Below the pieces are notes generated by a model. That model saw only the letters and a program-made list of their open reading frames with translations, was not told the DNA's origin and searched no databases. Of a stretch of DNA of 64,000 nt, positions 31,115 through 43,080 are shown piece by piece (positions within the stretch are counted from its first letter, which is position 1; each line of letters starts with the position of its first letter). The stretch is from the human T2T-CHM13v2.0 reference genome, Homo sapiens. The stretch is taken from assembly GCF_009914755.1 (NCBI RefSeq), contig NC_060947.1, one strand, 5' to 3'. The translations under genes and the position numbers were made by a program.

Positions 31115-34100
31115 CAATAAAACTCTTAAATCAAAAGAATATATGTGTTTATCCTATGCAGTAGAAAAATTAAGCTAACCTACTCTGCAGCCCATCTTAG
31201 GGGAAGAACTCCAAAAGATGTGAGCAGTGTGCTTTTAAAAAGAAAAAATGCAGGCTGAATGTCTACATGGTCTTCAAAAAGAAAGAAGGATGCAATGAAA
31301 AGCCTACATTGTCTTAAGAACAGCTTTGGGGATATGACTGTTAGGAAGGCCAGAACGTTCCTGAGAATAGGCAATACAGTAAACTTCACAAGGGAAGGGA
31401 CTAGGTTCTCAGTAAATGTGGGTTGAATGACCTGAAAAATGAGTATTTGTCACTACACTAAATGTTATCAGGCCTTTGTGATGTTTGATGTAAGTTTGCA
31501 TTTTAGGTGTTTTTCTCTTCCCTTTCCTATACAAACTGTCATTTGTATGTCTAATAGCAACCCCACCAAACATAGTCTTTGCAGAAGTTGATAACATTCC
31601 TTGTATCTTCTAAGGGGGTGGTTCTAATATGCTGAGCTTGCTAGAATTATTTTTAAAATGAGGATGAATATGTTCTAAGTGATGATCTCAGGGATTCCCC
31701 TATGTATGAAGCATGTCAATATTATCATATAGATCTTATAACTTCCATCTTGACTGCTCTTCTGTTGAGTTCTTGGCTCTGCTGTGCTGCAGATTACACA
31801 GGCTTCCAGATAAGTCACCTCCAGTGAGATGTAATGTTACTGGGACGACTTTTAACGTTCAACCAATGGTACTTGTCTATAATCCACAAAACTGTCATTT
31901 AAATGACTTTTTAAATGGCAAAATACCCTGAAAATGACAATTCTGTACCCAAGCTGAAGAGCACCTTCTAGACCCTTACCACATATATCTATTTTTATCC
32001 TCTCCCTTGAGACTCCAGTTGGCCCTCCTTCTTTATTCCATTTTCTTCTATTTTTTCCGCAATTCCACTTTAGCTTACTCTTCTGTCTTTGGATGTTCAA
32101 GAGATATTTACTGTATTTTCTAATCAGAAGGAAATGGGCTTAACTAAGAAAATACAAAGTTTATTTTTTTCCATAATCTCTCGAAAATATGATCTTAAGG
32201 AACAATTTCCATCTTGCATTACAGAAAATGATAATGCAAGTTAATCAAGGTGAAAGGGATTATAAAATATTATCTTCCATGATTATACTTGATGAAGCAA
32301 TTGTTCCTTTATGACATTTTAACTAGGACTAAATCTGCTAAAAAGTATATCTAATAGCCTATTTCTTCATGTTTCTGATGCATGCATTATTGCTTCTACT
32401 TTTATTAATACAACTGAATCTATGAAACACTGCTTTTTCTATGATTTGCTCAATGTAATACATTTAATAAAGCAAACATTTTAAAGGCTACTTTCAGCAA
32501 ACTATTTCACAAGAGAAATATCCCAAGCACACTAAAAAATAAATCAAATTAAATCATGATTGGAATTGTTGGAATCATTTATTTGGGGAATGACTCTTTT
32601 ATTCAATTTTTACACTTTTGATGTACCTAAAAGCAAAATTACATATCATAAATTTAAGCAATGTGCTTGATAAAACCTAGAATGTGTCACCAATAAACAA
32701 TATGAAAAATTTAAGTTTTAAGATTAACTTCAAATAAGTTCTTCCCAAACACTGAAAAATAACATTGCACTCACTGGGATAAGTATAAAATGAGTATTTT
32801 TCCAAATATAAGCGATGTCACCTGATGCAATTCTCTGGCTCACTCACTGTAACTTCCTACCTCTACCATAACAGACTCCATCAGGATGGATGTCTTCCAA
32901 TTCTGAACTGTACAGAAGGCAAAATATTTATGAAAAACATTAGCATCATTCATAAGAATTAACATTCATCAATTGAAATTTGAACCCAGACCTGAAAAAA
33001 AAAATTGTTGATTAAAAAAATTGTTAAAAACACCTCAAGTTCCTACACAAAAAAAGCAAGATTATAAAACTCAAGTATGGTATAACAACTATTCCAAAAT
33101 GGATGCTGTTCTCAGTTTTAGTATAGACTTAAAAGAAAAAATGAATAGTCCATTGGCTCTTTCCAGCTCTCATCCAACATCTGTTCATAGCAACTACAAC
33201 CAGGTTATTTGCAGCCATGCAGTTATTTTCAGGCTAAGAATAAACCTGTCCATGCTGTTCTGAGAACTGTTACCCAGGCATTTTTTGTTAGACAACATAA
33301 AGACCATCTATTTTACCTTCCTTATATTCAAAAACAAGGAAACTGAGGCTCAGAGAGATTTAGTGCCTGGCCCTCCCAATTCAAGCAATTCATACTAGCA
33401 CTAAGCAAGACCTAAAACCAAGTTTTCTCAATTGTTTCTACGAATATGGGTCAACTCTGAGGATCAGAACCACTGACTGTTTTCCTGGGATGGAATGGGC
33501 CTTTGGAAATTTACCAGCTGTGTGATCCTGAGCAAATTACAACTTTTCCAAGTCCCCTTTTCCTCTTCTACAAAATGCAGAGAGTACCTACTACTCTAAC
33601 AAGGTTGTGAGGATTATGTTCGGCTTGTAAAGTGCTTAGCACAGTGATTAGGAAATTTTAAGCATTCGAAAACAGGTAGCTATTATTTTTACTCCCAACC
33701 TGAAAACATGGCTGCTCCTAATCATGGCTGTATGAGAAGACAACGAACTGAATTCATTAACACAATGGACAGGGTCCCATCCACCAGAGCTTCTCTGGCC
33801 TACCACATTCTACAAACAGTAAAAAACCCCATCAAACAACCTATTTCATTCCATCTAAAATGATCATCCCTTACACTATTAAAAAAAATTGAAATTGCTG
33901 CCATATGTGTTCTGCTACGTGTTGTACACTGAATATGTCAACTAGAAACTGCAGAGGAGTTTCTGGTTCCACCCAAAACATGAAGAACAAACGACGGGAA
34001 AACAAGAGTTAGATAAGGTCACACACCTGAACTGGAACTCAGGACCTTATTCTCAGCACATTTAGTTATTGATGGTAGAAAGCAAGATGCTTTAAGCACC

Positions 34101-34703
34101 ATAAAGCAGGAATAATGGCTACCTCAACAAAATAAAATTCCCTAGGTTTCTCAACAAAATAGAATCCGTTTACTTTCCCTAGTAAATTCATACGCACATG
34201 GGCAATAATTGAGCATCTTTCTTGTAAAACTGAGGATTAAGCTGTGTCTGAGCTGCGATGTATGCTAAGATCATACAAATCTATGAAAAAGTCCTATGAA
34301 ATGGCGAGACAAAATGATGGGGAATATCACCTTGAAATCAATAAGGAAGGAATCATAATGTCTTGCCAAAGTCGTCTCCGTTGATAAAATCCCGACCCTC
34401 CATTTCATGACACTGCACATCCACTTCCCTCTAAGGAAATTAACAGGAATCACCGCAGCAACCAACCTCAGCAATCAGCATCGACCAGATCAACCCCTAC
34501 TCAAATGGCGATAAGCACTGCGGGTCCCAGCCCCTCCCTGTAACTGCCAACTCCCGCGCTGACTCCGGACTACCTCACTTCCTTTCAGTTCTCCCTCCCA
34601 CTCTCGACCCACGATGTTTGTCCCAAAACTCGCCACTGACAGAAAAAACAGAAACAAGACAGTCTTCCTAAACTTTGTCCAGGAAGCACCAGGCTACACA
34701 TAC

Positions 34704-34752
34704 CCGTCCCTATTACGATCACATCAAACTCCGAAGGGAGAGTATCCGCCAT
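34704..34752 (-). CDS. CHM: CHM (REP-1) coding exon 1, 49 nt: MADTLPSEFDVIVIGT(G)
   Basis: Minus strand reads CAAG ATG GCG GAT ACT CTC CCT TCG GAG TTT GAT GTG ATC GTA ATA GGG ACG G|GTATGT. This matches the REP-1 N-terminus, with the GDI/REP 'DVIVIGTG' motif and a canonical donor at 34703. The 5'UTR runs to about 34782. Confidence 0.98.
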
Positions 34753-34756
34753 CTTG
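34746..34756 (-). promoter_or_regulatory. YY1 motif overlapping the start codon
   Basis: CAAGATGGCGG matches the YY1 consensus AAnATGGCG. Confidence 0.6.
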
Positions 34757-34767
34757 ACGGGAAACGT

Positions 34768-34777
34768 GTCATGTGAC
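34768..34777. promoter_or_regulatory. E-box, CLEAR/M-box-like (GTCATGTGAC), in the 5'UTR
   Basis: One mismatch from CLEAR (GTCACGTGAC). Contains the MITF-type TCATGTGA core. Confidence 0.5.
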
Positions 34778-34839
34778 TATTACTTGTGGAAATGAGATCA
34801 AGTTAGGCATTCCCTCCGTGGAAGGCGGAAAAGAAAACA

Positions 34840-34862
34840 GTGCATTCTGGGTGTTGTAGTTC
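34840..34862 (-). promoter_or_regulatory. ZNF143/THAP11 (SBS2, ACTACA-CCCAG) motif
   Basis: Minus strand GAACTACAACACCCAGAATGCAC, about c.-110 to c.-88, fits the ACTACAnnnCCCAgAATGC consensus. Confidence 0.85.
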
Positions 34863-37470
34863 TTGGGTGGAAGGTCCAGGCAGGCGACTACAGTATTATA
34901 TTTAAAATGTTTACACGTAAGTTAAAAGCTCGACTCATTTTCCAGGCTGAATGCTGTAGCTCATTTAGCCTGGAGGGTTGAAGTAGGAAAGAAATGTAGA
35001 TTTTTATTCCGTTAGCTAGGATGAATGTGGGAGACTTGGATACCCCTTGACAATACTGAAGCAAAATTGTTAGGAGACACGGAGAGCGGAGTGAAATTGA
35101 AGGCGGTTTGCTCTGTGAACAAAGGAGACTTTCATTCCAGCCTAAAAAACTGTTTCCCGCCATCGTTTCTGTACTTTCGTGTTGGCCCTCGAGGCATGGT
35201 TTTTCACACCAATACTTTCAGAATATATTCCATATCTTTTTCGTTTCCATGTCTCCTCGATGAAAACCCACAAAAAACCTCTCACCCTAGTTTCGCCAGA
35301 ATGGAACTCCCACCGCGTCCGTATTTGTTCCAGTTAGTCCAGACAGCCACTCGGGCAATAAATTAGCCTTGCTTTACAGGAGGGAAAAAATATATGAAAG
35401 CATGGTTGCGCTGGATAAGCGTCTGTTGAGTCTGAATTCGATTTTCCGCACCAACTAGATAAGTTCATGTAAGATTCTCCTTAGTTTACATTTAGTTTCC
35501 AATCTATTAGTTTCCATAAGCTACCGTAGAAATAATTAAGGTAAAATGGTCTTTATATTAAAGTGATTGTATCTGATGAGGGGCTTTAGGTCGTCTATGT
35601 CTAACAGCTAACATAGCTCTCATAAGTATCTTCAAGGTCTGTCGCCTCCCACCGCTTCCCTCCAACCGCCCCCCACCCTGCCCCCGATTATTTAATACTC
35701 CGCTGTCTGACAACACCAAAGCAAAAGGGGAAGGATGCTGGGAATGAAGGAGGATACTTTTTTGACGACAGAAATTTCTTGTGTAGTTATTTTACAAGAG
35801 TTTCAAAATAAATCAAAGATAATGTGCAGTAGTGGGCCTTCCCTGACACCACCTATCCGCTAAGATGCTTGTGGTTCCCCAGACATTGTTTTCTTTCCAG
35901 TCTCTGACCACGCTCATGCTGTTCTTTCAGCATGGAATGATCTTCCCATTCTCTAGCTAACAGTTATTCCCAGGATGTCGCTGGGCTTCCACCTCCTCCT
36001 CCTTTCGTCTCCGTGTGTGGGCTGTTTCCCTACATGGTGCTAGACTTTGTCTTAACCCGCCATACTGCATTTATGACGATTCCTATAGAGTACACATATC
36101 CCCATATATCCACACAAAAATACACACCCAGACATGCAATACCATAATTATAAACCCCTGTACAGCATGACAGACACCAAGTCTCATTTATCTTTTTCAC
36201 TCCTGCACCTAACCTAAGCCCGGTGCATAGTAGGAATTTAATAAATGTTTGCTAAACCAAACTTGATTTTGACTCCCCTAATAGATGGATGAGACGAGTC
36301 CCTGTCCTCATAGTGCTTACCATCTTTGCCTTTATATCTGCCCACCACTATCATGTGTCTTATATTTAGAAGATGTTCAGTGTCCATTAATTGTAAATAT
36401 TTACATGAAAATGCTTTAAAATGTATTTTGATACGCTTTTTACTGCATTTCTCTTGCATTTTACCATAATCATTAGCAACATTGTACATGTTTCATTACT
36501 TTCTTTTATAGATCATCCAGTTGTATTACACAACTCTCTTAAGATATGGTCTTTGATTAGTATTTTCTGTAAAACAGATTCCCCTGAGAAGTATAATGTA
36601 CTGTTCAGTAAACCACTTTGTCATTTGCCTTGGTATGTAAAGCAAGTTTTTAGTATTATCAGAAGTGAAACAGATATTATTTGTGAGACTCTTGATAAGA
36701 CAGTAGAAAATGGAAACAAATGGATTTCTCAGAGTAAACACAGAAAACTTTCCAAAATCTTCTCTAATAATGAGAAGCCACAGATGGATGGTTAAAAACC
36801 TGATAAATAAAAGTATTTCTACCATACTTTGGATATATATTTATATACATTTGTTCATGTATACGAGATATATAAACTACATACATATACTTTTCAATAT
36901 GAGTATCACTGACCTTCTAGGGATTCAGAAATTTTCTGACAATCACACCATGAAGATGCAATTCATTAATTTGTTTATTCCTCAAATATTCATTCAGCAC
37001 CTACTATGTGCAAGACACTATTTTGGATGCTGAGATTAGAGCAATGAACAAAACAGACAACAACCCCTGTCTTCATGAAGTTTACATTTAGTAGGGTAAA
37101 ACAAAATAAACAAGTAATTACTCTGTAGCATAGATTTTCCAATCTGTGCTGCCCTTAGTTTGAAACCTTCTTTTTTTCCCCTAAGGATAGAAAGCACAAT
37201 CCTCAGAAGGATAATATTACCAACTTATATTTTGCTGTTCTTTCTCTAAAGTTATTATGGGACTTATTCATGCCCTTTTCTGGGCATGGAAAAGATTACT
37301 ACATTAGGAAAATTTCAATCTTGTGCATGGAGAAAATGCTCCAAATACCTTTTATTTCAAATGTATTTTTGTAGACTTTATGCAAAGTAAAGATGAATAT
37401 AGGAGTTAATAATTGCAGTAAAAAAAGCGTAAAGCAAAACAGCTGAATTGCATCTATTCTGTTATTCTAA

Positions 37471-38325
<855 letters not shown>

Positions 38326-40760
38326 AAAGAGATTCTTAGAAAATAGTTGTGTTTGTATGAATGTGTATCTCTTAACACTATGAAAAATAAGCAATAATAA
38401 TTCAGGAAGTAGATTATTACATCTTATTATAAGTTCCAGACTTATAAAGAATTTTTTTCAATTCAGAACTAGTATTAAAGCTAATTTTGAATTAAAAAAT
38501 GTGTCTCCAAGCCTGTAGTTGTAGTGGTGGTAAAAATTTACCAGTACCAATACTCTGGACAATAAAACAGAGCTAAAAGTAAAGAAAGTCCAGTCTACTG
38601 GAGAATATCCTCAAATTACATGAACTAGTGCTGTTGTGAGTATACAACCCCCTTGAGGAGTTTCACAATATATCCAGATGAAGTTAACTTAAAGTTTTCC
38701 ATTTCAAATGTGTATAAATACTATTCTATCATACCATTTTTGTTTATAAAATTGAGGTCTTTGAGTTCATGTTCAATTCCATCTTTAAAAGATAATCAAT
38801 GTCATGACAGCAATTATTTCCATATATTAGAAATATTTTTTAAGTGTTAGTTTTAGTAACAAAATGATTATTTGTACTAACTATTGTATTTGTCAGCTTC
38901 TTCAATACAGAAATATTCAGAACACATTTACATTTTTCATAGTCCCTGCAAAACAAAACAAAACGAAACAAAACAAAGAGGCTGAATAATTTTGTGGGAA
39001 TTTCATCAACCTTTATAGAAAGTCTTGCTATTCTTCTTTTAGCTGTTTAATTGTAATGTCATAGTAACAGAAAGCAGCATACCCAATTTTGCATGGATGA
39101 ATAAACACATTCAATAAGGAAGATTTAACAGAGTAAATCAAACACTGGATTAAACATTTTCTGCATAACAGACCACAAAATGGGCATTCATTTTACCAAT
39201 GGATCCTTGGCATTAGAAGCAAATAGAAGTGCATACCAACATAATTAAACTGAATATTCAGTGGCCTGATTGCAAAGTTTCCCAATATTTTATCAAACGA
39301 TCTTCCAGTTAATTAAAATTGCCTATACATATTCAAGCACACACATAGAAAAGATTAAGTATAGATACTACTCATTTAAATTTATAATTCAATAGATTAA
39401 CTTGTTTTCTTCTATTTTTTATCCCCAAAGTTTGAATATAGTAAATCTTCAGTATGATCGCACAAATGAAAAGTTCAAACACATTGAAATTGGCAATATT
39501 GTGTTGTTTTGCATTTAATTGTATTTAATTTTTCATTTTTGATATAAGAATATTATTTAAAGACATATTTTAATCTCCAAGGGTGAGCTATTTCCACTAA
39601 ATTTGCTGACAAAACTTCACCCCAGAATTTATTACATGGCTATTCATAGTCAAATTTTAAAATAGTTTACTATTTTTGTACAAGTAGTTTCTCCTATTAT
39701 TTATGTCTTATTATTTCAGTTTGTTTTTACTGTAATGTTTTATTTCAATGCAAAAGCATTTTTACATTTATTTTTATCAAGAAATGGCTGAATAACCCAA
39801 GATTCAGGGCTTTCTATTCTCTCTAATCCTCAGAAATAATGTTTTATTAATTCTATATATGACTCAAAGCATTAAGAATAAGAAGAACCACTTCATATTT
39901 GGACTAACTTTGTGATAATTTTGAATATAATGAGGTCACTTCAACTGTATTTTTTATTCTACATAGGTATTAAATAGGAGTTTGTAAAGAAATAGATGAC
40001 ATGCCTACTAAAAACAGGGATTGTCTCTGTATTTCTGTAATATCAATGTCTACCATTGCCACAATACCTTCTTACAGCCATGCCAAAAGGAGAGCAAAAA
40101 AGAAAGCTGATCCAAGGGAGTCCATGGCTTGTCCAAATTTATGCCTAGACTTGTGGCCTGTTTTAAAAAGATAACCTGGGCCAATCAGATTTCCTTTCCA
40201 GGAAATTCTTTAAAAATGATGTAGATAAAAGATGCAGTATAACAGAAGCTGAAAGAAATGAATTGAGATTTGTCTTGATGTAAAGTAGGGTAGAGCAGCC
40301 ATTATATGCAGCATCCATCTGGTGTATGGGCCACAGTCAAGATGACTACCAGAGAAAGTCAATTGGTAGAGAGAAAGGATAATACAGTAGACCTGCAGGG
40401 ACATGTATAATTGTCATGGGTGCAAAAGCAAGTTTATACTTGTGAAAAAAAGAGTTGTGGTCTCAGTTCATGAAATCTGCTTGTGTTTTATTTTCTGTGC
40501 TTTAATTCGTGCAAACTCTGAGTGTCCTTATAACAGCACCTCCTTTTCTTAGGTAGCCAGGGTGAGCATTGCAAGCAAAGTAATTTTGATTAAAAGATTT
40601 TAAAACATGCATATAGCCGGGCACACAGATGATTCTCTACAAACTGTTGCTCTACCTAAAAATTAAAACTGTAAAAGATTTTAAGAAATTACTATTCAAA
40701 CACTAGAAATATTGATTCAAATCCAAATATTTATCTGGAAATCATAGGTTGAGGACAGAT

Positions 40761-42082
40761 TTTTTTTAAATTATACTTTAAGTTCTAGGGTACATGTGCA
40801 CAACGTGCAGGTTTGTTACATATGTATACATGTGCCATGTTGGTGTGCTGCACCCATTAACTCGTCATTTACATTAGATATATCTCTTAATGCTATCCCT
40901 CCCCCAGGCCCCCACCCACGACAGGCCCTGGTGTGTGATGTTCCCCATTCTGTGTCCAAGTGTTCTCATTGTTCAATTCCCACCTATGAGTGAGAACATG
41001 CGGTGTTTGGTTTTCTGTCCTTGCAATAGTTTGCTGAGAATGATGGTTTCCAGCTTCATCCATGTCCCGACAAAGGACATGAACTCATCCTTTTTTATGG
41101 CTGCATAGTATTCCATGGTGTATATGTGCCACATTTTCTTAATCCAGTCTATCATTGATGGACATTTGGGTTGGCTCTAAGTCTTTGCTATTGGGAATAG
41201 TGCCACAATAAACATACGTGTGCATGTGTCTTTATAGCAGCATGATTTATAATCCTTTGGGTATACACCCAGTAATGGGATGGCTGGGTCAAATGGTATT
41301 TCTAGTTCTAGATCCTTGAGGGATCGCCACACTGTCTTCCACAATGACTGAACTAGTTTACAGTCCCACCAACAGTGTAAAGGTGTTCCTATTTCTCCAC
41401 ATCCTCTCCAGCTTCTGTTGTTTCCTGACTTTTTAATGATTGCCATTCTAACTGGCGTGAGGTGGTATCTCATTGTGGTTTTGATTTGCATTTCTCTGAT
41501 GACCAGTGACGATGAGCATTTGCTCAGCTATGCCCTGCCCCCAGAAGTGGAGTCTACAGAGGCAGGCAGGCCTTCTTGAGCTGCGGTTGGCTCCACCCAG
41601 TTTGAGCTTCCAGCCTGCTTTGTTTACCTACTCAAGCCTCAGCAATGGTGGATGCCCCTCCCCCAGCCTCGCTGCCACCTTGCTGTTCAATCTCAGACTG
41701 CTGTGCTAGCAGTGAGCCAGGTTCCATGGGTGTGGGACCCTCCAAGCAAGGGGCAGGATATAATCTCCTCGTGTGCCGTTTGCTAAGACAGTTGTAAAAG
41801 CACAGTATTAGGGTGGGAGTGTCCCGATTTTCCAGGTACCGTCTGTCACGGCTTCCCTTGGCTAGGAAAGGGAATTCCCTGACCCCTTGCGCTTCCCAGG
41901 TGAGGTGATGCCCTGCCCTGCTTCGGCTCACGCTCCAAGGGCTGCACCCACTGTCCGACAATCCCCATTGAAATGAACCCTGTACCTCAGTTGGAAATGC
42001 AGAAATCACCCATCTTCTGCATCGCTCATGCTGGGAGCTGTAGACTGGAGCTCTTCCTATTTGGCCATCTTGGAACCTCCTC
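40761..42082 (-). mobile_element. L1PA4/5-like element with an internal deletion (5'UTR fused to ORF2 end / 3'UTR)
   Basis: 5' end GGAGGTTCCAAGATGGCC at about 42080, junction at about 41520, 3' end at 40761. TSD GAGGACAGAT at 40751 and 42083. Confidence 0.93.
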
Positions 42083-42550
42083 GAGGACAGATCTTAAGAA
42101 GTGATCTGTCTATACCTTGCCTTCAGTCCATTTCATAGCCAAATTATTCCAGGCAGTTAGAAAAATCTATCTTATTTTGAAGACCTCTGGAGAAGTATAT
42201 TTTATTCTGTTTTGCCCATTTCTTCACTGTTAGGAAACTCTACCACTGAAATATTGGTTTCTATAATTTTTATTATTAAATGTAGAGTTCTAAGTGACAC
42301 ATTAGTATTATATTAATATTGCATCATGAAATTAAAAATTATGCTATCATAAGGAGTCAACTAAGGAGGAATCATGGGCTCCCTTGGCTTTGCAGAGAGG
42401 AAAAGAAAATGTCAATGTGAGAAATATTATAGGAGTATCAAAACACGTGAAAACACAAAACACATTAATAGTAAAACCTCAGTTGTAGTCTTAATTTCCC
42501 TACAGCAGTATATGAATTAGAAATTCTCATTAAGATAGAAAAATAGAAAC

Positions 42551-43080
42551 TGTGACAGCCAGTGTCCATGGTCCACACATCCTGGCATTAATGCCTTTAC
42601 ATAGTCCCTTCCCATATCAAACCAGCTGACCTGTGTACAAATAGGATTTTATGGAAATGATGGAGTGAGCCTTCAGAGGGCATGTAACTTAAGACATTGC
42701 AGTTTCCACCTTGCTCATTCTGGGACCATTTGCTCTGGAAAAAGCCAGCTGCCAGTTCATGAGGACACTGAAGTAACTCTTCAGAGAGGTTTGTGTGGCA
42801 AGACCTTCTATCTACATGCAGCAAAGAACCAAGGCTTTCTGCCAACAGCCAGACATGTGAGCCATCTTGGAAGCAGATCGTCCAGCCACAGTTAAGCCTT
42901 CAGATGATTGCAGCTTTAGCCGACATCTTGGCTGTAACTTCATGAGAGACCGTAAGACAGAACCATTCAGCTGAGTTGCTCCTAAATTTCTGACCCACAT
43001 AAACTGAGATAATAAATGTTTATTATTTTAAGACACTAAGTTTTAGAATGATTTCTTATTCAGCAACAGATAACTTGTAG
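42551..43080 (+). mobile_element. MLT1 (MLT1E/F-like) LTR
   Basis: CCAACAGCCAGACATGTGAG...GCCTTCAGATGATTGCAGC...AATAAATGTTTATTATTTTAAG. Confidence 0.75.

Larger units (their letters stand above)
34370..35460. promoter_or_regulatory. CHM: CpG-enriched CHM promoter / first-exon region
   Basis: CpG density is visibly higher than in the AT-rich, CpG-depleted flanks, and the region surrounds exon 1. Boundaries are by eye. Confidence 0.8.

Noticed and set aside
41510-41530. Mini-L1 junction as a spliced L1 (SpIRE)
   Set aside because: No GT donor or AG acceptor at the junction in the recalled L1 consensus; microhomology fits better.
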